NCBI GenBank assembly: GCA_030704615.1
Contig: CM060733.1
Span: 58,652,001 to 58,716,000, forward strand
DNA length: 64,000 nucleotides
DNA from: Takakia lepidozioides
Lineage: Eukaryota; Plantae; Bryophyta
Direction: 5' to 3'
The notes beneath the pieces are model-generated. The model did no database searches. It had not been told where the DNA came from and was given only the letters and a program-made list of their open reading frames with translations. Made by a program: the position numbers and the translations under genes. Every line of letters starts with the position of its first letter. Position 1 is the stretch's first letter. This document shows positions 1 to 13,600 of this stretch, piece by piece.

Positions 1-195
1 TTGTTAGCCTTCAACAACGCAACGTCTATGACTGATGTCTATTTCTAGCCTCTTCTTTCAGTAATTCATCCCGAGGAACTTGAGGTCATAAGCTCTGTTG
101 ACAAACCAACCTCTATGACTGAGGCACATTCAAGTTGTTCTTCTCTCTGCCCACCCTCAAATGCTAAGACACTTGAAACAATCAGGATCACTCAC

Positions 196-435
196 CTGTC
201 AATTCGTTCCCGCAGCTTCAAGAGAAACTTCTCATTGTCTTCCTCAGCAACTTTAAGAGTTTTTTGTATCAACTGTTGGCGTTCCGCCAATCCCAGAGTC
301 CGTAAATCCACAGTGTCATGTAGGATCTTGTTGCCATCCTCGTTTACTATGACAGTGGTGCGAAGGCGGTCATAAGTAGGGAGTTTCTCCAGAGCTGCCC
401 ACTTTAGAGCCTCCTCATCATCAATACCCACTTCC
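196..435 (-). CDS. Single exon of a PDR-type (full-size ABCG) transporter, N-terminal region; gene continues beyond the window start
   Basis: Translates to [21 protein letters not shown]...[17 protein letters not shown], the conserved PDR N-terminus. Bounded by a CTGCAG acceptor (441-436) and a GTGAG donor at 195. Confidence 0.9.
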
Positions 436-989
436 CTGCAGGCAAGGAAGACAGTTCGGTTATTTTTAAAGAAGGGCATGTGTACAGGTCTTTATCATGT
501 AGGTGCTACCAATAATAAACTCGACTTTGTCCAATGCTCCATAATTAGGCGGGGGTGGTCTGAAAGACAACACCCATGGCACTGTTTCACTTTTTCTTCT
601 TGCAACTAATCAACCAATTTGTGTACCAAATATCACGCATAGTTCTGGACCTGGCTGCCACCATGAAACCCCCTTCAAGAGAAACTACATACACCGATGT
701 CATGTGGCACTGAATGCCACAAACCAACTCCTATGGTAAAAAAATTGCCTTGGAGGATCACAATTTGCGAATGATTTCCACAAATAGAGGCCTGTAAGTG
801 CCTCTGTCCATCAAATGATGAAAATCTAAGCTTTGAGGGGATTGTATTTTGGAGAGGAGTCAATTTGCGGCAAATGGCATTCTAAAGTGATCTCCAACCG
901 GACATTGTTAGTACCCATTGTCCCTACAGAGACTGATATCCCTGGCAATAGTCAAGCACCTTAACTTGGTGCTATTTCTCCTTACTTAC

Positions 990-3295
990 AAATGCTAGCC
1001 ATAATCCCCTTTGGGCAACAAAAGTCCTCTCCGTCTGCCTTGCTCTCAAGCACTATAAGTCCCTCATTAGATCCAAAAAGAGAGCCTACACTCACAAGCT
1101 CCAATCTTCTTTTCTTGCAAAAGTCAGATCTTCTCCTCGTTCCTTTTGGTCCCTCCTTAAACCTCACAGAGACCCACCTGCGATCCCTGACATTCACGTC
1201 TGGCATGAGTATGCCCAATCTTTGTATCATTCCCCAAACCAAACTCCCTCTCCCATAACCTCTAAACCCCTACACTTCTCCCTCTTTACTACAACCAACG
1301 TCAGCAAGGCAATCAAGAAGCTGCAAAATGGCAGGGCATTGGATATTTCAGGGCTACAGGGTGAATTCATCAAGCACGCAGCACCCACTTTGGCCCCGTT
1401 TATAGCTTACCTCTTCAATGAGGCAGTGCAACATGGCTTTCCAACAGAGTAGACAAAGAGCATCATCCATCCCCTCTTCAAGAGCGGTGACAGGCTCGCA
1501 CCGACCAACTATCGCACAATTATGGTGTCATCGTTATTGGCTAAGCTGTTTGGGGCAGTAGTGGCCATGGAGTTGGATGATTGGGCTGAATCCTCTCACA
1601 TACGGGCTAAGGGACAACCTGGTTTCCGTCGCAACAGATACACTCTTGACCACATCTTCACTCTTCAGGTTATGGTGGAAAGTGCTCGCTTTGACAAAAA
1701 ACTGGTTTACATCTGCTTCATTGACTTTCACAAGGCTTTTGATTCGGGTTCTCGCGAACTTCTTTTCCAAAGGCTCCAGAAGGTGGGAGTCCCTCAACAC
1801 ATTCTCTATGCTATTTCCTCCATGTATGAGATCGTCACTGGCATGGTCAATATCGCAGGGGAATTCTCAGCTGAGGTCCATAGCAACATTGGGGTCAAAC
1901 AGGGCTGCCCCCTCTCGCCTACCCTATTCGGAATCTACATTGACGCCTTGGAAGTCTACATCTCAAAAAACCATGGAGCTGGTGTGCCATTGGATGGAGG
2001 ACCAACACAATCAGATCTCCTCTACGCGGATGATGTTGCCATGTTGGCACAATCTCCTATCTTCCTACAACGCCATCTCGACACCTTGGAACAGTTCTCC
2101 AATGACTATGGGTTGCAAGTCAACCTTACAAAAACCAAGATCATGGTTTTCAATGGGCAGGCCAACCGCAGATTCTTCCTCAACAATTGGGAGGTGGAGA
2201 TAGTCAAATCCTACCGATATCTGGGGCTGGTTATCCACTCCCCCAAATTCCACTTTGCAGCCACTGCCCTGGACAGATTGACAAAAGGCAAGGCAGCCTC
2301 CATCCGCCTTCAGGCCAAATGCAAGCAGATACACCTGCGCCACCCACCGACCAAGAAGTGGCTGTTTGATAGCGTAGTCACCCCAAATGCCACTTTTGGT
2401 TGTGAATTTTGGGCACCTGCAGTCCCAGTTTCCTGGTGGGAAAACAATCTGGAACCATTGCAGTCATCTTTCCTCCAAGCAATGCTTGGCGCCAGATGCA
2501 GAATTCGCCTGTGTGCCACTCCAAACTGAGGCCCTCTTCCGGCTTACAATTTTCCTGCATAGGTTACAAGGCCTTCCCCCCAAGGGGCTTGTGGCCAGGG
2601 GCCTCACAACATCTATGAGACTCAAAAATGCAGGCTTCAAACAATCCTGGTATGCCCGTGTGGATACATGGACTCTCTATAGCTTCACTTTTGCCAGTGA
2701 ACCCAGAAGAGGTGGAAATCACATCCAGGCATGACCGCAACCAACTCATTAGAAAGGAGCTCATGGAGTAGGAGAACTTGGAAGTTACCCAACCTCACAA
2801 CAAAGCTCCATTTCTATCGAGAAACATTCTTGGTTCTCCGGGATGATAGAATCTTGCGGCCCAATTACCTTTCGGCCTCTTTATCTCCTTCTCTCCTGAG
2901 GGCTTTGGGGCGGTTCAGGGTGGGCTCCCACAACCTACGGATAGAGACTGGCAGATGGGAAAACCTGCAGCGGGAGGACCGCCTATGTCCTGCTTGCACA
3001 GGGCGCAACCAGGAAATTGAAACTGAAGAACACTTCTTCTTCTATTGCCCCCTATACTATGAGATCCGTGGGAGATTCCATTGTCTATTCCGTGGAACCC
3101 AATCTCTCACTGAAGTCTTCCACTATGAGGATCAGAAATGTTTGGCAGCCACCCTTAGACAATCACCCGAACAATAGTTCTTTTCTCTGACTCTGGTTTT
3201 CCTATTTTCTCTCATGTTTTCTTCCATTTTGTCCCATAAGCTCTATGAGCGTTCCGCGGACGTTATAAAGCACCATTTCATTTCATTTCATTTCT
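990..3295 (+). mobile_element. 5'-truncated, decayed non-LTR retrotransposon (LINE family A) with RT domain and C-terminal Cys/His motif
   Basis: RT motifs FIDFHKAFDS, GVKQGCPLSPTLF and LLYADD; C-terminal RLCPAC...ETEEHFFFYCPLY. In-frame TAG at 1450-1452 and a frameshift near 2500. Ends in a (CATTT)n tail at about 3273-3293. Confidence 0.92.
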
Positions 3296-3560
3296 CCTAA
3301 CGTGGAAACTCTCTTCTATGCTTTTCCATCCCTCATGCCCTCCCAAGAACTTAATAAATTTCGCTTTCTTTCTTTAGTTGCTTTGGGGTGTTTTTGGTTT
3401 CCTCTCTCTTGTTTTTTCCATTTTGCCCCATAAGCTCTTTGAGCTTTCCGCGGACGTTATAAAGTACCAATTCATTTCATTTCATTTCCTTGGATACTGC
3501 TTTCTTTTGTCCCTCAAGCTCCTTGGGCTTCCCATGGACGTTATAAATCATATTTCTTTT
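3180..3560 (+). repeat. Reiterated 3' UTR/tail of LINE family A (two near-complete copies and one degenerate copy)
   Basis: The motif ttccattttgNcccataagctctNtgagcNttccgcggacgttataaag...atttcatttcattt occurs at about 3222-3293 and 3416-3488. A degenerate third copy lies at about 3505-3560. Confidence 0.75.
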
Positions 3561-6500
3561 CAAGCACTGGTAGGTGCATCCACCACATTACCAGTGTCCC
3601 TATTGACATCATTCTTGTTACCATAAATGTCAATGCCAGCCCATAAATCTATCTTCCAGAACCCTCGTCAGCTGTTCAGTGCTAATTTCAGACTGAGTTC
3701 CCAATATCAGTTTGATGAAATCCCAACATTGGTTCGGGGAGAGTTAGAGGCTACTATGTCTTCAACAGGATGCAAGCCAAAATCCGCAAGGGCCGCTCAG
3801 AGAGTATATTTTCTCTGCTTGATGAGGAATTCTCCGCCTCTTTCAATTTCAGTGAAGTAGGAGATAAGAGGTTTCTTTCAGAGTAGAATCGGATGAACTT
3901 GCTAGCCCATATTTTGGGTTCCTAAGACGCCCAAAACAGTGGTGAGGAAGATGTGGTCATCTGCAAGTCGTGGGAAAAACTCAAAGTCCGCAACAGGGAC
4001 TAGCAGGAGCTTGCCTCAATTCAATCCGAGCAGGGGCGACGACTAGAATTCACCGGTTGGTCTACCCTCCATTGATCAACATTTCGAAGATGAAAGCAAA
4101 TAGAGAAGAGAGAAGAGCACATATTACATCGTGACTGCTGGACCTTAGGCTGCCTATAAATAAATGGTAACCATGTTTCGCAGAGAGGACCAAGGTGGAT
4201 CATTTTCAAAGCTTACCTCCGAGAGGCTGAAGGCCCGCCAAACACATTGCCTGGATCCAGACCCCAGCTCAAGCGGGCACTGCTTGATCTCCCGGTTCCC
4301 CTCAAACTTCTCGAAAAATGAGATCCAGCTCTTTCGGCCCATACTTCCACCATCTCCAAGCCCCCTGGGGACGCCATTGGTGTGCCCCCTACCCCTGGCC
4401 CTTTCTCGCTACTCTACACTACATCATGTACCAGGGCGCTGGAAGAGAACATAAACGCCCATTGGATCCACCACTCTCCCCTTCTCTTTCCTCTGTGGCC
4501 GAGATAAATTCTCTCTCTCTCTCTCACTCTCCGAAACTCCTTCTTTGTACTTTTCTTTCGCCCAACAGTATTCTTGAGCTGCCAGCCAACAAACTGACGT
4601 CCAAGATGAAATACCACAGACAAAACAAGAAAGAGAACTGAGCTGAAATCCACTTAGTCCAAATGTCCTTTCTGGTAAGAGAAGCTCAAGAGCGATGCAG
4701 CAGCTCCACAGCTCGCTACAAGCAGCTAAATGAGAGCAGTTTTTGTGAGCGTCGGGTCCAACGGGTGACGGCCCACCACCGTTACGCACCGCGCCTGCGA
4801 CTCACATGCATTCGCGGTAAAAAGACAGTCAACCTGCATATTAGTCACCTTTGTTACTGTTAACCCTCTCTATTAGCTGTATAGCCACATTCTTTCTAGT
4901 TACTCCCCCAAAAAAGAGAAAGGCAACTGTTTTCTACTCCTGAAATTTTACAAAGGCAAACTTCAAGCCCCAGCATCACTGGCAACTGGCTAAGGGCCTT
5001 AGCCTGTTGCTTTTTTTTTTTTTTAAGCAAAAAAACTGCTTGGAAAGAGGTTGTTGTCTCATATCCTGATTTGTGAGTGGTCGGTGGTGGCTTGTTACAT
5101 TCACAAACAGTAGTGTCCACTACCAGAATTATTTGTTCCCTTCCTTGTCTCTTTGAAATATTGGAGCATATGAGCTTATTTTTCCTCCATCCCTTTCCCA
5201 GCAAACATCTCATTTCCGAGAGACATGAATAGGTAACCTGTTTTGAACTCCAACCAATCTACCAATATCTACTAGGTGTGGTGGAGAAGAGGCGGTCTAT
5301 TAGCCTAACTTATTCCCTTTCCCTGGGTGGGTGGTGTCTCAAGTATGGGCCAGTGTTGTGCGGCTATTTGACTTTTTTTTATATCAACAGGTTATGGATG
5401 TTTCACTTTAACTTTTTGCTCACATCCTCTGGTGGGTTTTTGGAGCTTTCCCATTTCTAATATCCTGTCGGTTGGCAACAAATACAAAATTCAGCCCTAT
5501 GCGGTTATAGACAAATGGAGTTTATGTCAGGATAGCCTCCGGCGGTTCAATATCCGGTTGTAAAACAAATCCCAGTTTATTGGCCCTGGCCGACAATGTA
5601 GGGACTAGGCATCAAGTTGGCCATAGTGCCCTTAACCTTATATCATGGGTTGTTCCCATGAGACTTAATGGGAACATGAAAGTTTTAGTTCCCAGTTGGG
5701 CACATGTTACACTCATTTTTTTCATGGCCTTGAGCAGTAGTATGCATGCATATGCAGCATGAAGTACCTTATACCTCGTGTGGGTCCCAGCTGGGCACAT
5801 GCTCCTTACTTTTTATTTTTATTTTTTTTTAAAGGGGAGGTAGCCATTGGAAGTTTTATTGATGATTATTGAAGGAAAAAAAAATTAAAACCCTTTACAT
5901 GCCCCAAGGCTGCCATGAGGCTTGTCACACAAAGAACAACGTGTTGGAGATTCCAGGGAACTGTAAACAAGACATGCTGCCTCAAGGCTTGAAACCAGAG
6001 CACTAAGCCAGCGGAGGCATAATGCCAAGGGGTAGCAACGAAACCATGAAACCAACGCTACAGCAACCAGTTATGTTTTTAGTGTGTTCTATTCATGGCT
6101 GATTCTCTATGTAAATTCAAGATGAAATGATAATATGTGTTTATCCCAAGTGATCAGAGGTTCCTCATGTTCTTTATGTGTTCTACTCAAGCCCACACTG
6201 CCAATTTTATTTTTCCCTCATTGCCAAAAAGGCAGGAAATAAGTTCTGAATGAGGACATATTACAATATGAAGATATATATGTAATATGCTATAGTAAAT
6301 AGTACATATATTTTACTATTTTTATTTTTATTTTAATGATTTAAAAAAAAATAGAGACCAGTGTTGTATTCGTATATAGTATATAGGTGAAAGACTGATA
6401 TGTGCATGGTATATGCACTGTTATTAAATAACAAATTAGTCAACAACACGGCTTAAGTGTATGTCAGGCCTTGTTAGGCATAACATCATTACATAAAACT

Positions 6501-9500
6501 TCATATCAGTACAACAATGGCAGGGCCTCCGTGTATCTCACGCCTTGTTTTAATAGAATAAAATAACTCAAACTTAAAAATCTGATGTATTAAAAATACT
6601 CATGGGAAAATGGTAACAATTATTAGGGTAGAACATAGAAGATCCACAACAGCCGCCTTTTTCATAAACGCCGCCCTTCATAATGTGATGGGTAGAAATG
6701 AAATGAACCAACTCGACTATGATCCGGCTATTAGCCGGATTATAATCTTCGGGTTTAAATGCCGGATATATGGCCTGTTCATAAACTATTTCTTTTGGAC
6801 CACTAGTTCCGGTTCAAATCAAATAGAAGGAAAATACAAAACCACTGGTTCTCAACCGGATCTAGTTATCCCATCTCTTCATATCCGGCGGTTCTTAACG
6901 GTTTGATTTTTTTTACCTCCGGCAGATCCACACATATATATCCGGGTTGGGATCTGACGGGGGTTGAGGCTGAATCAAATATTGGGCAAGGTTACTTTGA
7001 AAGAGGTTAGCCCCTAAACTGTGATTAAGAGCGGTTGGTCCGGGCGTTTCAACAAATTTGGGTCCCATGAAAAACAATCAAACCCCCAATTGATTCTTAT
7101 CCCCTTACTAGCTAGTTTGGCCGACGCGGCCAAGGGTGGGGCTTTTCAAGCTCACCTAGTGCACTCTTCTTCATGGCCACATCTGGGTTTGAGTGGTACT
7201 GAATAAGTACATTTCAAACCCCACCTCCCAAAGGGGGCAATACCCACAAGGGAAAGAGGTTCTTATTCATGCCAACTTCAGTTGGCGTCATCTCTTTCTC
7301 TCTATGTTGATATAGGCTATGGGTATTGAGCATTGAAGCATTGCTTATTGCAAGCCCTGCCAACCTGCATGCTCAGGAAGTATTATTTGTCTGGTGACTT
7401 ATGCATGCAGCTCTCTGATAATAACCACCACAACCCAGGGAGTAAATTTTATTATGTACCAACCAGAAATTATGATGAAAGTACCAGTGTCCCACTTCCA
7501 TCCTTCAATCCTGTGATGACTCATTCTACAGAATCTCTACTTTTTTTTAACTTTAATTTTATTGAGAATAAACAAGCTGAATATTCATGACTTGAATCAT
7601 TCAGTCAGAGGGCCCTATGAACTATGAACATGATGATCAGGCTAAAGGAAGCAGGGTAGGAGTCAGGAGGTAGGACTGGGGGAGTCAACTGGTCACCACT
7701 GATAGATCCTGCTCTTTTGTCTTTTTCCCTTTAGCCCCTTGAGCGTTCATAGGATTCTGGGTCTTTGATTTTGGGGACAGAGGCCCTTGAAATTTTCTGT
7801 GATAACTGCCGAGTAAGTAGAAATCTACCCATGAGGTATCCCCAAAAACAAACAAAAGACATGTCTATTATATGGCTGTTTATGTAGGCACTGAGGGAGT
7901 AACTGCGGAGATCCAGGCATCACTCCCAAGGACACTCACAGAGATTCCAGTCAAACTTCTAGAACTCTGCTGCCAGCCCCACCATGTTCTCTTCAAGCCC
8001 ACGGACGGTATTCCATTTCCTCGATCGTCCACCAGATCCGGTCAGCATCCCATTGCTTGTGAAGCTCAAGTCTCACTGCTTCTCGTGCATGCCTGTTGAC
8101 GTTTGCTCTGCTTTCGGAGTCAGGGAGTTCTTAACAATACTTACCCATACCCCAATGCACAAGTATGGCGCGACGACAGAGGTGGGTGAAAAGCAACAAT
8201 TCCTCAAAATAGTCCCAATACGCACACCCACAGTAGGTAGGCTAGTTTGTGAGTTCGCGTTTCAGACATTCAAGTCCTGAGTCATGGGATTGTCCTGTGC
8301 TGCATAAGCTAGGCTAGAAGCTCCAAGAAGCATAGTGGGTACACCTCACCGCCTGCTAAGCTTTAACTTGTGCACATGTTTTCTTGTCTAAGACTGTCAT
8401 CTGTTGTGACCCAGTGCCCAGTCCTTGACAAGTACTATATTCGATGTACCCTGGGACAGTACAATCTGTACACCCCTTGCTGTGGAGCGTTGCTTGGGAA
8501 GAACTTGGGCAAGGATTCTCCTCCGGTTAGGACGGCCACAACTGTTGACACGTTTTTTTCACAACACTTGTAAAGCAGGTGCACAAGTATAGCAAACAAG
8601 GTGGCAGTGAGGTCACGGGTGGTCACACGAAGGCTAAATATGTAGAGCTCCTTGGAGCTTTTATGTCATGCAATACATATAGGACAAGCCCAGTATTCAA
8701 GGAGTTGAATGTCTGAAATGCCCAACTTTTAAAACATGTGAACAACAGACTACAGTGTACCGTGGATAAGTGTTACCCTTACTGAGTACCTAAAGTAGAA
8801 CACTTATTATACACTTATTGTAGAGGTAACAAGACAGAGAAGATTCCAAATTATAGCACTTTTAGAAATGTATCACATATCCAAGGCATAGCATACAAAT
8901 TGTAATAAATCCAGATCAGAGTAACTTTATTCAGTGATATTATTCTCTGAAAAGTGTGAACTGAAGATCTGGGGCTTTAAGAAAATATAAAATTAAAAAT
9001 CTGGGGCTCATATTATGGGTTGTTCAAACCCTGGGCTGCAAACTGTCCCCTTTCTATAGTTCGGTTGGCCTCCAACATTTTGGACCCACAAGAAGGCTTG
9101 CTTGCCCTAACCCTCATGGATGCAAATACCATGTAGATTTTGTAGGGAAACTCGGCATGAAAGACATGAAAACAAGAAAGACCCCACCTAGGAAAAGCAG
9201 ACAAGAGAAGCAGACAGTAGGTACTTACTGAAGGCACCAATTATTGTGATATGCTTCCAGGTTGGAACTGTAAAAGCTGCAGTGGTGGATCCTGGTCAAA
9301 TATATACCCCAAAGCAAAGTTAGCATCTTATCTGGCCAACAGCTCATATCGGAGAAAATCTCCTGCTCTTGCAAACAGATAGGTGTCTCTCCTGCCTGGA
9401 AAGGCCTTTGCAAGGGAACTCCCTATCGTGTAATGTTACCCTCAGGGTTTCCTTACAAAGGAAAGACTGTTGTCAAAAAGGAAGGCCCAAAACCCATACA

Positions 9501-10616
9501 GCGCTTCTGGGCGGTGGTCTAGGTAGTTCAAAAGTGATTACATCCCTTCTTTGATTACTCATCTAAGCTTGGTTGTAGCCTTCTCTGGGATGCTCCAAGT
9601 CCCACTTAAGAAGTCGGCAACAAAGTTGGAAAACATCAGCACTTTACTACAGAAAATTGCAATTGGATTCTCCCTTCGTGGGGCATTCTTCCCCCATCCC
9701 CGTCCTCACCAATTGTGCGATTTGAGCGTAGATACAGCTAACGACAGCTATATTCAAATGCAAGAATGCAGGACCCTTTGACAAATCTTGAGAATGGCAC
9801 GGCATTTCGTACACAAGAATTTCTGACTATCAGATCCAGGCTGACAGACTTCCACACTACTAGGAACTCCCACAGTTATGATCTTCTCGAATGGAGCGCA
9901 ACGATTTTGACAGCAGTTGGAAGCAGAAAAAGTGGAGACACCAAAGTGAAAATTTCACGAACGTCAAAAATTTGGACTCGTTTTGGATTCCCTTCAATAC
10001 TTGACAAGGTGCAGAGATTGCTGTTTTTCCCCGTGGATCCATTGTCGCTATAGCTGGCTGTGTCCCCCTCCAAGGATGTGTAGCCCCATGGCAATGCTCA
10101 AGATATTATGTTTCCTTGGTCCCTCAAGGACCTCTTCAAACGCAAAAGGGGGTCTCTGGAAAGAGAAAGAGAAGTTTCAAAAAATGGGGATTTGACGGCT
10201 TAATAATTTGCATCCCCAACCATGATTCCCTGTGGGAAGTTTGTGGGATTCTGTCATTACGATGGCAAACCTCTGGCCCTGTGTTGCCGAGTTTGGTTCA
10301 CATTGAGCTCATCCTGCAGAAAGAGAAAACAAAGTTCATCAAACAAGTATTTCAGTGTATGCATGAAGTCCAAGGTCTCCTCCCTGTTGGGATCATCAGT
10401 TGTTGCTGAGTCGCATGATATACTGTCCCTGGAACAGTATTACTTCAAAGGAGTCCTCAATCTTTCTGGCAGCGAGGAAATATTAGCAAATCCATTGCCC
10501 TACAAACACATACCTCTATACATGGTCACCTGGCCTCAGACCTGAAAACTTAAACCCTAAACTTCAGTCAAATGCTTGTACATGTCAATGAGGAGGAAAC
10601 AAGAGAAGACACACAC

Positions 10617-13600
10617 CTCTAGAAACCGATCACGGTTGATATCAAACAATCTGAACATGAGATCAAGCTCCCTCTGTACAGAACATCATTCAATCAAATA
10701 TCAGGGGTAAGAGTTTGTTGTGTTGGATTTTGAGATGTATATGCTAGAAAGCACATAAAAACATTGAAAAGTAGATAAAGATACTTGATAAGAGGAAAAA
10801 AAGCTAACCTGCTTCATAAATTGTGCTGAGGGATGCATTCGCACAAACTGTTCAAACTCTTGCTGTGTGACTGACTTGCCCCCCACTGTCAGCACCCCCA
10901 CAGAAGGGAAATGTGAGGCCCCTGAAGCAGAGTGGAGAGCCTGGGTACAAAATCACAGAGCCAAATGGTGGAAGCTCTGCTATGTGGTCCATCCAGCTGC
11001 ACGGGGGGTAATGGCTTGCAAAGTGGGTATCTACAGGCTTCTGAGTCTTATAAGCTATAACATGAGGGGCAACTGCTAAGCAAATCGAAGCCTACTGAAT
11101 CAAAAAGACTCTAGGAGACGGGCTGTTGGAGTACTTTTCTACAACCATGAGAAGACATGGACCAATCAATATTGATCGGTGCCATGACCCAATGAATAAA
11201 AGGATGTTTGTGAGCTGAAGCCTTCACTAAGCCTTTATCAACTGGGCAAGGACAGAGACGTGATGATGGATGGAGGTTGAATCCCAGAACAAATGCATAA
11301 ACCATTCTCTAACAACTTTGGGTACGATACAGCCTGGGGCTGCTACTTCCAAACAACAGTAAATGACATGTAACATGGCAAAAGATACGAACTCATACTT
11401 TCACGGCCCACAGCTTGAAAGATGTCATCAATGTCATCAATGTGGTGTAGAAGATCATGCAACCCGGCAAGATTCTGTAGGATACGATAATAAGCATTGA
11501 TATGATGCCACTTTCACCTAAAGTGTACTGAAGTAGAAAGAATCCTACATACCACCCTCCAACTGAAGACATCCCATCCAACTAGAATCATAACCATGTT
11601 TGTACATTGAAGGTATAGGGGTTGACTGGTAGATAGATATGAAGGCTGAGATTTACTTGCCTGGGCACGCTGTTTGTCAGCAAGACGAGGCCATACATAG
11701 AGAACCAAAATAAGGCCTGTACAAAGAGCAAAAGATGTAGTTGTTGCTCCTCCAACCACCCACCAAAAGATGCTCGGATGGTCTTCCAATCCACTGCACA
11801 CACAACTTGGTCAAGTGTGTTCGCTGTTTGTTGGAAGTTGATCAGTAACTCAATGTGGGAAAGGTTAGAGAGAATTCACTCACTGACCATTCCCTGGCCT
11901 AAAATACCTTTGAAGGCTTGATGTCCACAAAATGCAACCCTCTAAAAGCCCATTAAGGACTTTGTAGAAAAAAATCAGCTCTCAAACAGCAACAACACTT
12001 TACAGGGAATTGAGTGTTGATGTAAAGGCCAGCATAGATATGGTGCTAGAGAGAGAAAGGAAAAGGGAAAGGAAGACAAACTTCATGATGTTCACAGAAT
12101 GCTCAGACAACTTACGGGACAATTCATCCTAACTAAAAAATGAAATGGTACTTTCTATAACTTTAGAAGAATGAAATGAATGGTGCTTTATAACGTCCCT
12201 GGAAAGCGCGTAGAGCTTATGGGACAAAATGGAAGAAAACATGAGAGAGGAAACAAAACCAGAACCCCAGAATAAGAACTAATGTTCTAGTGATTGTCTA
12301 AGGGTGAAGGGCCTCGTGCAGGTAAGCTGCCAGGCATTTCTGATCCTCATAGTGGAAGACTTCAGTGAGAGACTGGGTTTCACTGAATAAACAGTGGAAT
12401 CTCCCACGGATCTCGTAGTATAGAGGGCAATAGAAGAAGAAGTGTTCTTCAGTGAGAGGAGGAAGTTCAAAGAGCTTATGGGACAAAAGAAATAGATGAC
12501 ACTTCATAAGGTCTGCTGAAAGCTCAAAGAGATTATGGAACAAGAGAAAAGCAGGAAAAGAGTGGGGCCCACAACAAGCCCGTAAATTGAGGGTCTTTAC
12601 AATGTCCACAGAGGGCCAGGGAACATTATAACATATATAGATCTCGTAGTATAGAGGGCAATAGAAGAAGAAGTGTTCTTCAGTTTCAATTTCCCGGCTG
12701 CGCCCTATGCAAGCTGGACATAGGCGGTCCTCTCGTTGCAGGTTTTCCCATCCGCCAGTCTCTATCCTGTGGGACCCCACCCTGAACCACCCCAATGCCC
12801 TCAGGATGGAAGGAGATAAGGAAGCTGAAAGGTAATTTGGCCTCAAGATTCTATCATCGTGGAGCACCAAGAATGTCTCTCGATAGAAGTGGAGCTTTGT
12901 CGTGAGATTGGGTAGCTTTCAAGTTCTCTTGACATGTAATTCCATAAGCTCTCTCCCAATGAGTCTGTTGCGGTCATGTCTGGATGTGATGTCCACCCCT
13001 TCTGGATTCATTGGTAATAGGGAAGCAGTAGAGAGTCCGTTGCGCTAAAATAAACTGTCCACCCGAGCATACCAGGAGTGCCTGAAACCTGTAGCTTTGA
13101 GCCTTATAGATGTTGCGAGGGCTCTTGCCACGAGCCCCTTGGGTAGAAGGCCTGTAATCTATGGAGAAAGATTGTAAGCCGGAAGAGGGCCTCGGTTTGC
13201 AATGGTACGCATGCGAGCTCTGCCCCTAGGATAGCAGATGGAGTTGTGCTTCTGGCACCAAGCATTGCTTGGAGAAAAGATGACTGCAATGGTTCCAGAT
13301 TCTTTTCCCAAGGAACACCAGGTGCCCAGAACTCACAACCATAGATGGTAGCAGGGCTGACGACGGTGTCAAACAGCCACTTTTTGGTTGGGGAGTGATG
13401 CAGATGTATTTGTTTGCATTTGGCCTGAAGGCGGACGGAGGCCGCCTTACCTTTAGTCAATCTGTCCAGGGCAGTGGCTGCAAAGTGGAATTTTGGGGAG
13501 TGGATAACCAGACCCAGATACCGGTATGATTTCACAATCTCAATTTCCTGCTGGTTGAAGATGAATCTACGATCAGCCTGGCCATTGAAGACCATGATCT

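Noticed and set aside
3600-10300. Many short ORFs and CCGG-rich patches between LINE-A and the MRS2 3' end
   Set aside because: No motif I could recognise. Probably decayed repeats, possibly with unrecognised ABCG 5' exons or the last MRS2 exon, but I cannot support a call.
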